DNA from: Vallitaleaceae bacterium
GTDB taxonomy: Bacteria; Bacillota; Clostridia; Lachnospirales; Vallitaleaceae
DNA: 64,000 nt
Assembly (NCBI GenBank): GCA_963677915.2
Contig: CAXXGE010000035.1
Span: 5,130 to 69,129 of the forward strand
Reading direction: 5' to 3'
Below are positions 9,102-18,148 of the stretch, one piece after another. Made by a program: the position numbers and the translations under genes. Under the pieces are notes generated by a model. That model was given only the letters and a program-made list of their open reading frames with translations. It did no database searches and was not told the DNA's origin. Within the stretch, counting starts at the first letter, position 1. Each line of letters opens with the position of its first letter.

Positions 9102-10358
9102 TTAGTTCTTGAGAAGTTCGGCAACCGACACATCCTGAACTTCTTTCGTTGCACAGTTGATCAAGGAAACCTGTTCGTCGCTTTTAAAGTACATGATGCC
9201 GCCGATGTTTTTGGATGCGCCATAGGCGATATTGGCATCGATGTCCTTGTCCAGCATGCCTGTTTCAATGTTCATGCCATCCATTCTCATTTTTTCGGCT
9301 ACCTTGATTGCCTGGCTTCTTGAACCTTCATTGTAGACAAGCAGTGTATCAATTCTGTCTATCTCCCAGTCAATCTGCTGTCTTTCAAGCGCATTCATCA
9401 CCTCGTCGATGACAATGGCAAACCCGACTGCCGGTTCATTCTTGCCGAACTCGTTAAGCAGCGTATCATATCGTCCGCCGTCTACAATTGAAACGCCGGT
9501 GCCATAGGTATAACCTCTGAACACAATACCGGTATAGTAATTGATCTGGCTGACCATGCCAAGGTCGAAGGAGATATACTTCTCCAGGCTGTAGTCTTTC
9601 AGAATTTCGTAGATGGTGCTTAGACGGTCCAAAGACGCCAGGGATTTCTCGTTTTTCACGATTTCACGGGCCCTGTCGATGACGGTCTGACCGCCGAACA
9701 GTTTAGGCAGGTCAAGGAAAACTTTCTTGTGGGTTTCGTCCATGGAAACACTGTCAAGCAGCTCTTCTACCGCGATGTAGTTCTTCTCGTCAATCAGTTT
9801 GCGAAGCTCTTCCTCGACTGAATCATCAAGGCCCGCTTCTTCGACGATACCTTTAAAGAAGCCCGCCTGTCCGATATCGATTTGAAAATCCTTTATGCCA
9901 GCCACGAGAAGACTGTTGATGGTCAGAGCGATGATTTCAGCATCTGCATCCGCATTGTCGATGCCGATCAGCTCACATCCTGCTTGCGTAAACTCTTTCA
10001 GCTTCAACTGATAGCTTTCATTGTTCCTGAAAGTGTTGCCCGCATAACAGAATCTTTTCGGAGTATCCTCATGCTTGTAGAAAGTTGCTGTAAACCTTGC
10101 AATCGATGGTGTTATATCCGGCCTCAACGCCAGGATGTTGCCATCCCTGTCAAAGAATTTATACATCAACTTGGTATCTATTGTTCCCCTTTCGGTGTTG
10201 AAGATTTCAAGGAACTCTATTGTAGGCGTCTGTACATCCTTAAATCCATAGCGATGGAAAACAGATGTCACTTTCCGCTGAAGCTCGTTCTTCTTCATAG
10301 CCTCTTCACTGTGGATGTCTCTAATGCCTTCCGGCGTATGCAGTAATCGTTCGTTCAT
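9102..10358 (-). CDS. hisZ: ATP phosphoribosyltransferase regulatory subunit (HisRS paralogue)
   Basis: 418 aa, ...PEGIRD...LRPDITPSIAR... It is the first gene of the operon, ahead of a short hisG. Confidence 0.9.
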   Translation of the reverse strand: MNERLLHTPEGIRDIHSEEAMKKNELQRKVTSVFHRYGFKDVQTPTIEFLEIFNTERGTIDTKLMYKFFDRDGNILALRPDITPSIARFTATFYKHEDTPKRFCYAGNTFRNNESYQLKLKEFTQAGCELIGIDNADADAEIIALTINSLLVAGIKDFQIDIGQAGFFKGIVEEAGLDDSVEEELRKLIDEKNYIAVEELLDSVSMDETHKKVFLDLPKLFGGQTVIDRAREIVKNEKSLASLDRLSTIYEILKDYSLEKYISFDLGMVSQINYYTGIVFRGYTYGTGVSIVDGGRYDTLLNEFGKNEPAVGFAIVIDEVMNALERQQIDWEIDRIDTLLVYNEGSRSQAIKVAEKMRMDGMNIETGMLDKDIDANIAYGASKNIGGIMYFKSDEQVSLINCATKEVQDVSVAELLKN

Positions 10359-10424
10359 TTGCGCCTCCTGTTAAATGAATAATTTATCATGGTAAAGTGG
10401 TAGATTGATAATTCGTTAAATACG

Positions 10425-10453
10425 ATTATATGGCATGAACTCAGCTATGTCAA
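10425..10453 (-). promoter_or_regulatory. Consensus sigma-A promoter of the his operon (TTGACA-17-TATAAT)
   Basis: Exact consensus hexamers with a 17-nt spacer on the minus strand, about 65 nt upstream of the hisZ ATG. Confidence 0.6.
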
Positions 10454-10472
10454 GTTATATAAGACTAGAAAA

Positions 10473-10511
10473 GCCTTTGTACCAGTATAACTTAGATACT
10501 GACACAAAGGC
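10473..10511 (-). terminator. Rho-independent terminator of the helicase gene
   Basis: gcctttgt..ccagtat / atactg..acaaaggc hairpin (8+6 bp), followed by TTTTCT on the minus strand. Confidence 0.75.
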
Positions 10512-10521
10512 CCATTAAATC

Positions 10522-12174
10522 TTATTTCTTTCTTTTTTTCTTGTCTGCCACTTCAGGGCTGACTTGCTTTTCATTGATCCGTTTGCCGGCGAGCTTCATG
10601 ACGACTTTCTTCGCCACATCCTTGTGGACATCCACAAAGGAGAATCTCTCCAGTACGTCAATGGCGCCAACCAGTTTACCTGATATGCCTGCCTCGTTTG
10701 CAATGGCACCGACGAGATGTTTAGGCGATACCTTGTCCATCCTGCCGACATTGAAGAAGATACGGGTCATGTCCTTTTCCTTCGGTCTTTCCCCTTTTCT
10801 ATCCGAGCGCTTGGACGTTCTCTCTTTCCTTGCACCCTCACGCCTTCCGCCTGTTTGCATATAGTTGATGTCGTTATCCGGATGGGCGCTGTCTGACAGC
10901 TCCAGGTTGTTCTTGATCAGCGCGGCGCAGATATCCTCAACCGGATAGATCGTATCAATCTGGTCAAAGATAGCTTTGTAATCGTCCAGGTTTTCGTTCT
11001 GGATCGTTTCGGCAATCCCATCGATGAAATCCTGGATTTTTGAAGACTGGACTTGGCTGACAGTAGGTATCTTGATTTTTTCGATATTCTGCTTCGTATA
11101 ATGCATGATAGCCATCAGTCTGCGTTTCTCATAGCCGCTCACCAGGGATATGGCCCTGCCCTCCATGCCTGCACGTCCGCTTCTTCCGATTCTATGGACA
11201 TAGTAGTCTTCCTTGTCCGGCACATCGTAGTTGATGACCAGGTCCACTTCCTTTATATCCAGTCCACGGGCGGCGACGTCCGTTGCAACGATGATGTTGA
11301 CAATGGAGTTGTTGAATTTCTTGAGGACCGCAAGACGCATTTCCTGCTTTAGGTCGCCGTGGATCATTTCGCTGTTGAAACCTTTTTTCAAAAGCTCCTC
11401 CGCCACCACGTTGACTTGGTTCTTTGTATTGCAGAATATGATGCAGCGGTTCGGTTTGATGACTTCAAGCAGTCTTGAGAGCGCTTCGAACTTGTGTCCC
11501 GGCCTCATCTCGCAGTAGTCCTGTTTAACCGTTTCCGCAGTCACCACATTCTGTGTCACCTTGACAAGTTTCGGATCCTTCTGATACTTGTGGGTGATAT
11601 CCAGGATTTCCTTGGGCATTGTCGCAGAAAATAGTATCGTCTGTCTTTCTTCGGGTAGTGTGCTCAGTACAAGCTCAATGTCTTCCCTGAAGCCCATTTT
11701 CAGCATCTCATCCGCTTCATCAAGGACAATCGTGGTGATTTCACTGGTCTTAAGGGTTTTACGCTTGGTGATATGGTCGATGGTTCTGCCTGGTGTACCG
11801 ATGACAACCTGAGCACCTCTTGACAAGGCAGATATCTGCCTGTGGATTGGTTCACCGCCGTAGATTGCCACAGCGCGTACACCGTGCATATATTTTGCGA
11901 TACGTTTAAACTCGTCAGCCACCTGAACGGCCAACTCCCTTGTCGGGCAAAGGATCAGTGCTTGGGGTTTTCTGTTTTCCGGGTCGATCTTTTCAAGGAT
12001 CGGTATGGCAAATGCCGCTGTCTTTCCAGTCCCGGTTTGAGATTGCCCAATCATATCGAAGCCATCGATACACAAAGGAATTGCTTCATCCTGTATTTGT
12101 GTAAACGCTTCAAATCCCATGTCCGAAACCGCGCGAATAATCGCATTGGAGACGTTTAAATCGTTGATATTCAT
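10522..12174 (-). CDS. DEAD-box ATP-dependent RNA helicase with a DbpA-type C-terminal RNA-binding domain
   Basis: Motifs Q, AQTGTGKT, PTRELA, DEADEM, SAT and HRIGRSGRAG. The tail is basic and followed by a DbpA-like domain. Confidence 0.93.
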   Translation of the reverse strand: MNINDLNVSNAIIRAVSDMGFEAFTQIQDEAIPLCIDGFDMIGQSQTGTGKTAAFAIPILEKIDPENRKPQALILCPTRELAVQVADEFKRIAKYMHGVRAVAIYGGEPIHRQISALSRGAQVVIGTPGRTIDHITKRKTLKTSEITTIVLDEADEMLKMGFREDIELVLSTLPEERQTILFSATMPKEILDITHKYQKDPKLVKVTQNVVTAETVKQDYCEMRPGHKFEALSRLLEVIKPNRCIIFCNTKNQVNVVAEELLKKGFNSEMIHGDLKQEMRLAVLKKFNNSIVNIIVATDVAARGLDIKEVDLVINYDVPDKEDYYVHRIGRSGRAGMEGRAISLVSGYEKRRLMAIMHYTKQNIEKIKIPTVSQVQSSKIQDFIDGIAETIQNENLDDYKAIFDQIDTIYPVEDICAALIKNNLELSDSAHPDNDINYMQTGGRREGARKERTSKRSDRKGERPKEKDMTRIFFNVGRMDKVSPKHLVGAIANEAGISGKLVGAIDVLERFSFVDVHKDVAKKVVMKLAGKRINEKQVSPEVADKKKRKK

Positions 12175-12254
12175 TTAGTCCAACTTTCTTTGTATTTAAC
12201 TTTTTATTATGTGCACAAGGATTTATTATACAGGGATTGGCACATAAAAGCAAG

Positions 12255-12803
12255 CTATTTCTTTTCATCTTCCGTTTCGTCTGAAAGATAGGTGCTGAGT
12301 CCTTCGAGATAATGGATCATATAGCCATCCTTGCTTTTCAGCTCATATTTGTCCTCGAAATATTTCAACGGGATGGATTTCCTACCGCCTTCCTGGGCAT
12401 CTCTCCAGAATCGAAACAGGACATCAAAAGGAAGGAAGAAGAATTTCCCTGTTTTTGTAAAACTCACCAGGAGAAAAGCCACACCCTTCTGTTTCTTGAA
12501 ATCAGACATATAGTCTATTTGATGGGCATGGATGTTTTTTAGGGGAAAATAATCCCTCGAAGTTTCTTTTGCATCAAAACAGACGGGTATGCCCTGAACA
12601 GCCCCGATATAGTCAACAGAACCCTTCTTTTCAAAATAGGCCAGCTTGATTGTCCCTTTTTCACTATCCAGTTTAACCGGTTTGATTGGTGTCGGTATTT
12701 TCTCTATAAGCGCCAGACCATGCTCTCTGTAGCGGTCATTGGTTACATTGACCAGTTCTTCTAATGTGCTGCCCCGAAGACCGCGCGAACCCCAATATGC
12801 CAT
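12255..12803 (-). CDS. recU: Holliday junction resolvase RecU
   Basis: 182 aa, ...LEELVN.TN..Y...G.A.I.KIPTPI...VDY.G...G....FDAKET... Confidence 0.85.
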   Translation of the reverse strand: MAYWGSRGLRGSTLEELVNVTNDRYREHGLALIEKIPTPIKPVKLDSEKGTIKLAYFEKKGSVDYIGAVQGIPVCFDAKETSRDYFPLKNIHAHQIDYMSDFKKQKGVAFLLVSFTKTGKFFFLPFDVLFRFWRDAQEGGRKSIPLKYFEDKYELKSKDGYMIHYLEGLSTYLSDETEDEKK

Positions 12804-12912
12804 GATGATGCCTCCATACTATTGTTTAATCCAAGTATGCCTTTAACTGGTTTTACAGTCAAGTATCGTGTTACAATAACAGTAGAGTATATAATATGTA
12901 GGAGGCGATAAC

Positions 12913-13380
12913 ATGGCCAGAAAAACAGCCAATGAAAAACTGAACGACAGCAAGGACATGCCCAAGGTTGTTGAAGTGACAGACCCGAAACAGATTGAAC
13001 GGTATGGCGGTACCAAGATGCTTATTGCACCACCCCTTGCCTATAATGCACTTATGAAGATTATACCGGAAGGAAGACTGGGAACCGCGGACAACATGCG
13101 CAGGTTCCTTGCCGTCCAACACGGTGCCGACTGGACCTGTCCCCTCACTGCAGGCATCTTCATCAACATTGTTGCTGCGGCATCTGAGGAACGCAGCGAA
13201 GACAAGATTCCCTACTGGCGAACGCTCAGGACCAAAGGTGAACTGAACCCGAAATATCCGGGTGGTATAGACAAACAAAAGGCCATCCTAGAAAAGGAAG
13301 GCCATGTGATTATCCAAAAAGGAAAAAGATATTTTGTCGATGGTTATGAAGACAAGCTCTATGATTTTGAAATCCTATAG
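12913..13380 (+). CDS. MGMT-family / alkyltransferase-like DNA-binding protein lacking the catalytic Cys (PYWR instead of PCHR)
   Basis: 155-aa ORF with AGGAGG 7 nt upstream. IPYWRTLRTKGEL resembles the PCHRV helix region of MGMT-fold proteins. Confidence 0.5.
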   Translation: MARKTANEKLNDSKDMPKVVEVTDPKQIERYGGTKMLIAPPLAYNALMKIIPEGRLGTADNMRRFLAVQHGADWTCPLTAGIFINIVAAASEERSEDKIPYWRTLRTKGELNPKYPGGIDKQKAILEKEGHVIIQKGKRYFVDGYEDKLYDFEIL

Positions 13381-13397
13381 CCCCTGTCGCAAATAAT

Positions 13398-13820
13398 CTA
13401 CTCAACAGGAAGCATGACAAGTGTTTCCTGTTTCGCTATATAGACTTCTCGACTTGGGATGACACGTTTCAAACCATTCTTTTCTATATATGACTCAATT
13501 GCTTCATATGTCTCATGCATGTTGCTGTAAGGACCGTAGTGCACCATTGATGCGCATAATGCCGCCTCCAGCATACGCGTTTTTACACCATCCCCTTCAA
13601 CCGGTTCTGTAACCTCTATGCAGGCTTCAATATCGGCACCATCTTCTACGTACGCCTTGTCGTAATATAGAGCGAATACCGGACCTACAGCTCTTTCTCC
13701 GGCCACCGACCTCAACAAGGCTTTGCCATCCTTGACTTTACTGTATGAACCCTTGAACCGGATCGATGCAATCTGCATATCGGGTGTTTTTTCCAGTACC
13801 ACTTTGTTTTTATCTGCCAT
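13398..13820 (-). CDS. GyrI-like small-molecule-binding domain protein
   Basis: 140 aa. Two-repeat beta-alpha pattern (IASIRFKGSY ... MVHYGPYSNMHETYEAIESYIEKNG), as in the AraC_E_bind/SOUL fold. Confidence 0.55.
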   Translation of the reverse strand: MADKNKVVLEKTPDMQIASIRFKGSYSKVKDGKALLRSVAGERAVGPVFALYYDKAYVEDGADIEACIEVTEPVEGDGVKTRMLEAALCASMVHYGPYSNMHETYEAIESYIEKNGLKRVIPSREVYIAKQETLVMLPVE

Positions 13821-13835
13821 CTTCAGTCCTCCTTA

Positions 13836-15104
13836 TTAGTCATCGGTCGGGTCTTCCATTATACCCGTAAATATCGGCAATAATGTTTCCATATCTATAA
13901 TACAGTAGACAAACGGCCTGTCAAAAGTCAGTTCTATTGTTTCAACCGGCATCGGCATGGCAGTCAGCGACACTTCTACAGAGGTAACCGCGCTGGCTTC
14001 TGTGCCTTCTTCATCGACCTTCACAAAGGTCTTGTGCTTCACTTCGCTGATAAACAGGTCCTTGGCATGGCTTTCATTCATCATCGAAAAATCGGCTTCT
14101 CCAGGCCTGAATGCGATGCCCATGCCCAAAGCGTCGAGTTCGTCCATCAAACTGTCTTCGTAGCGTGATTCGAATTTTGGCAAGGCCAGCTTCACATGTT
14201 TGATTTCGCTTTCATCCACCATATTCATAAGATTAATAACAGATGATCCATTCTGGCTAGCCAGCCAATCCCTCGGCGTCATACCTTCAGGCGGCAGAAC
14301 CGCAGCAAATCCGTATCGCCCGCCTTCATAAGGAAGAAGAACACCTGTCGCACCGTCAAGTTCCAGATAGGACATGTCATCCGTCCGGTTCATGAACGGT
14401 GTCATTTTCTTTCCTTCCGGTCTTTCAAACAGCCTGTCAGCGGTATCATTCGCTTCAAACTGGTCTTCCCAGTCGGCTTTAAAGTAAACGGCGTTAATCA
14501 GGTACATGACGACATCGGGACCGATCTGGTCGATGATTTTTTCGATTGTTCCGTTAGTGGCCTCGTTCACCCAGCCATTGATTGCATCCGGTGCATCCGC
14601 ACTGCTGAAATCCAGCTTTCTGGCTGCAGCATCATAGAAATCAGCATTCACCTGCAAGAATGGCATATATGGCTGAAAGTTTTCGTCAAACCATATGGCA
14701 TTGGCGATTGCAAGCATGCCCTCAGTTTCTTGAAGCATGGCGAGCAGGCCGCCACAGGCTTCGTTAATCTCTTCCATGGTGAGATTGTGCTTGGCAAGCA
14801 CGTCAAGCATGGCTTCTTTTGTATCACCGTCGGCACCATTAAGTGCCATAGCCAAGGCGAAGAATACCGAAACCGGTGATACCATCACACTACCTTCATT
14901 CCTTAACGAAGCTTCGAACAGCCTCGAGGAGAATCCTGCAATGATATCGGCGGTATCTTTTCCAGGTGCTTCAGGCTTGGCTTCAGTTTTCGCCTGTACA
15001 CCTTCCATCAAATTGGTGCCCGTTTTTTGGCCGGCCGAACACCCTGTTGCCAGAACGACAATTACCAGCAGCAAAGCCCCGTATTTTCTTGTTTTCAATA
15101 ACAT
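13836..15104 (-). CDS. Serpin-family serine protease inhibitor, predicted lipoprotein
   Basis: Lipobox LATGC after a basic/hydrophobic N-terminus. Serpin hinge EEGTEASAVTSVEV and C-terminal FDRPFVYCIID motif. Confidence 0.85.
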   Translation of the reverse strand: MLLKTRKYGALLLVIVVLATGCSAGQKTGTNLMEGVQAKTEAKPEAPGKDTADIIAGFSSRLFEASLRNEGSVMVSPVSVFFALAMALNGADGDTKEAMLDVLAKHNLTMEEINEACGGLLAMLQETEGMLAIANAIWFDENFQPYMPFLQVNADFYDAAARKLDFSSADAPDAINGWVNEATNGTIEKIIDQIGPDVVMYLINAVYFKADWEDQFEANDTADRLFERPEGKKMTPFMNRTDDMSYLELDGATGVLLPYEGGRYGFAAVLPPEGMTPRDWLASQNGSSVINLMNMVDESEIKHVKLALPKFESRYEDSLMDELDALGMGIAFRPGEADFSMMNESHAKDLFISEVKHKTFVKVDEEGTEASAVTSVEVSLTAMPMPVETIELTFDRPFVYCIIDMETLLPIFTGIMEDPTDD

Positions 15105-15153
15105 AATAAAACACCTCCCTGTCTTTTATATATATGACGCAGAGAGGTTTTCA

Positions 15154-16107
15154 TTAGTTCCATTTATTGTGTTCTATTTCCGCATTCCTTTGGAGAATCT
15201 TTCTTCCACGCCAACCGGCTGCCGTCCTGCCTAATAAGTCTTTCACCCCTTTGCTGCTAAGGTCTAGGAGTTTTTCAGCTTCTATGTAGTCAGGCACCAG
15301 CGATTCGGAAGCCTCCAAAGCATTTAAGACAAGTTCCGATTTCCTATGATAAGGACATGCAAGATGGCAGATATCGCAGCCATACAGATGACCGTTCAGC
15401 ATCGTTTTCTGACTGTCATCAAGCTCCTTCGCCTGTGTCAGATAGGAAATGCACCTGTTGGCATTGATCTGTCCGTCTCCTAGAATCGCTCCGTTGGGAC
15501 ATGACTTCCGGCATATGGTGCAGGTACCACACAACGTATCAAGATCAGCAAAGGCCTGTTCCATATCCCCTGCATCTTCTGTTAGCTCAAGATCCGTCAG
15601 CAGATAGCCGATAAAAAACGACAGTCCGAACCTCGGATGTATAAGATAGCTGTTTTTCCCTATCTGTCCAAGACCGGCCCTTCGGGCTATCGATCTGTCA
15701 GAAAAAGGGCTGATATCGCAATAGGCCTTCCATGAGGCGCCATGGGCATCTTCAATATAAGAACCGATTTCTTTAAGTAGCGGCATAACCATCTGGTGAT
15801 AATCCAGCATGTTGGTGCCGTAAGCCATCTTGACAGCGACCGTTCCCTTTGGCTTGCTGCTTTGCACCATTCTGTATGGCACTGCCAGCACGATAAAGCT
15901 CTTGGCACCTGCCAGATGCCTTGCAGGCTCTGTTTTGTCGAGTGGATTTTCCATCTGTTCGAAATCGCAGGCGTATCCTTCAACCGCTCTGTGCCGATAG
16001 ATGCCTTCCACAAAAGGAAAAGGCCCTGCATGACAGAAGCCTGTGTCGCAAACAGCAAGGCTTTCCGCATACTGCCTTATTTCATTTTTCACCTTTTCCC
16101 TATTCAT
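15154..16107 (-). CDS. queG: Epoxyqueuosine reductase
   Basis: 317 aa with two ferredoxin-type clusters (CGTCTICRKSCP, CDICHLACP) and a QueG-type N-terminal region. Confidence 0.85.
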   Translation of the reverse strand: MNREKVKNEIRQYAESLAVCDTGFCHAGPFPFVEGIYRHRAVEGYACDFEQMENPLDKTEPARHLAGAKSFIVLAVPYRMVQSSKPKGTVAVKMAYGTNMLDYHQMVMPLLKEIGSYIEDAHGASWKAYCDISPFSDRSIARRAGLGQIGKNSYLIHPRFGLSFFIGYLLTDLELTEDAGDMEQAFADLDTLCGTCTICRKSCPNGAILGDGQINANRCISYLTQAKELDDSQKTMLNGHLYGCDICHLACPYHRKSELVLNALEASESLVPDYIEAEKLLDLSSKGVKDLLGRTAAGWRGRKILQRNAEIEHNKWN

Positions 16108-16133
16108 ACTATCGCCTTGCTTTCATAATATCG

Positions 16134-17100
16134 TCAATCGAAAAGCTTTTTCTTGATCCTGTCGAAATCCCTTGGATACGGCGCTTTGAAAGTCTGTCCA
16201 TAGTAGACGGAAAGCGATCCTTTATCTGCCATGAAAGTAACCGCATACGCATGCAGCATTTGGCGTTTGATGCCGTATCTTTGCCTGAGCGCCTTGTTTA
16301 TTTTCTCATCTCCATACTTGACATCGCCAATGATTGGATAGCCAATATGGGACAAATGGGCCCTGATCTGGTGCGTTTTCCCTGTCACCAATTCAACCTC
16401 ACAGAAGGTATAGCCTTTCACTACAGCAAGTGGACGCACCCTTGTTTCAACAGGACTTCCCGTACCCTTGTCGGAAATCACCGCCTTGTTGCTTTTAGCG
16501 TCTTTTACCAGTACCCCCTTTAAGGTCGAGATTCTCTTTAAGTTCACCTGCAAGGATGCAGTGGTATATTTTGTTCACTTTGTGTTCGGCAACCATCTCA
16601 TTCAGGTCCTGAAGGACTGTGACCGTCTTTCCGCTCATAACCAGGCCGGAAGTATTCATGTCCAGTCTGTTGCATATGCCTGCGCGGAATCCGCCCTTCT
16701 TGTCCCCCAGCTTCTCTGCCAGATAACCGTCAATGGCCTCGACGATACTTGTTTCCTTGCTGCCCGGCTGCGCCGGAACACCTGCAGGCTTGTTGACTAG
16801 CAGCAGCTTGCTGTCCTCATAGATGATGTCCAGGTTGATTGAAGCGGCTACATCAGACTGTTCCTGGAAATAGCCGAAATTATCAAGGGCTTCATCAGCG
16901 AAATACAGTGCCAGTCGGTCTCCCGCCTCCAATATTTCATTGCCAACCACCTTGCCGCCATTCAGCTTGATATTCTTCTTCCTGAACATTTTGTACAGAA
17001 GGCTCTTGGGCATTTTCGGCAGCATCTTCTGCAGATACTTGTCGGACCGCTGCCCTGCGTCTATTTTTGTAATTTTGATTTCAATCATACTACATCGCAT
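16134..17100 (-). pseudogene. RluC/RluD-family 23S rRNA pseudouridine synthase interrupted by a +1 frameshift in a G5 run
   Basis: The N-terminal ORF (S4 domain + RLDMNTSG catalytic Asp motif) and the C-terminal ORF (TGKTHQIRAHL motif) overlap in different frames at 16495-16553. Deleting one G at 16514-16518 fuses them. Confidence 0.8.
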
Positions 17101-17686
17101 TCCTGAGAATCAGCTCGGCTATAGCCAGCTGCTTCTCTTCATCCTTGGTTTGCAGGGTTGGTTTTATATCGCTTTTGAAATAGGCATACAATTGCTGCTC
17201 ATCGTCAAACGCCTTGACACTGACTGAAATACCGTGTTGGCGCAGCAAGGCGTCTAGCGTCTTTTCACCCAGGGTATCTCTGGCAGCCTTGGACTTTCCG
17301 ACCTTGGGCTTTTTCTTATCTGAGACAACCAGAACATGGTCCTGCGTAATCAGCACGTTTTCAAAAAAGCACGTGTTCTTCTTCCTTATCAGGATGATTT
17401 CCGACAACACAGTTACCCTGTCAGTCATCTTCTCCACTTCATTTGCGAAACTATTGTCTACGGAATGATACCTTCCATATGCGAAGGCCCTAGTCATGAA
17501 CTGGGCAGTTGGCAGGATAGCAAGCATTGCTACGATTGTAAGGTAATTCGCGCTGGTACCCGCAGCCGCGTAGCCAATCAGGTAGAAACCCACGAAAGCA
17601 ACAGCGCCGATAATGCTGTATCTGATATTTTTCTTCTTAACGCCGGTCACATAACCCGGCCAGCCTTTTTCTATATCCTTTTTCAT
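17090..17686 (-). CDS. Hypothetical membrane protein (two predicted TM helices)
   Basis: 198-aa ORF in operon context, with hydrophobic stretches IIGAVAFVGFYLIGYAAAG and YLTIVAMLAILPTAQF. I do not recognise a family. Confidence 0.55.
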   Translation of the reverse strand: MKKDIEKGWPGYVTGVKKKNIRYSIIGAVAFVGFYLIGYAAAGTSANYLTIVAMLAILPTAQFMTRAFAYGRYHSVDNSFANEVEKMTDRVTVLSEIILIRKKNTCFFENVLITQDHVLVVSDKKKPKVGKSKAARDTLGEKTLDALLRQHGISVSVKAFDDEQQLYAYFKSDIKPTLQTKDEEKQLAIAELILRNAM

Positions 17687-17698
17687 GAACGCACCTTT

Positions 17699-18148
17699 CT
17701 ACTTGCCTGTGTGGCCGAACCCGCCGCTGCCTCTGGTACTTTCCGACAGTTCAACATTTGTTTCCCATATAGCCTGCCTGACTTCGTTGATGACCATCTG
17801 GGCAATGCGCTCTCCACGCTTAATAAGAAAATCTTCAGGTCCGTGGTTGATCATAATGATCTTGATCTCACCTCTGTAATCGGCATCGATTGTCCCCGGC
17901 GAGTTCACAAGGCTGATGCCGTGTTTGAACGCAAGTCCGCTTCTGGGACGGATCTGCGCTTCATATGACGGTGGCAATGCAATCTTAATACCAGTTGGAA
18001 TCAATTGTATTTCTCCCTTTTTAAGGAGCACGCTTTCCTCCACACAGGCATAAAGGTCCATACCTGCAGCCTGCTCGCTCATATACTTAGGCAGTGGCAG
18101 GTCTTTTCCTTCTTCTGTTTGTTCTACATGGACGACTATTTTTTGCAT
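17699..18148 (-). CDS. dut: dUTP diphosphatase
   Basis: ...RPRSGLA.KHGI...[14 protein letters not shown]...GERIAQMV...[10 protein letters not shown]. Confidence 0.93.
   Translation of the reverse strand: MQKIVVHVEQTEEGKDLPLPKYMSEQAAGMDLYACVEESVLLKKGEIQLIPTGIKIALPPSYEAQIRPRSGLAFKHGISLVNSPGTIDADYRGEIKIIMINHGPEDFLIKRGERIAQMVINEVRQAIWETNVELSESTRGSGGFGHTGK

Noticed and set aside
10359-10472. Possible T-box or attenuator upstream of hisZ.
   Set aside because: The leader after the predicted TSS is only about 60 nt, with no specifier-loop or T-box sequence and no terminator/antiterminator pair. The single strong hairpin nearby (10473-10511) belongs to the upstream helicase gene.
12871-13278. 135-aa minus-strand ORF opposite the MGMT-like gene.
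   Set aside because: It has no RBS and an odd composition, whereas the plus-strand ORF has AGGAGG at ideal spacing and fold-like motifs.
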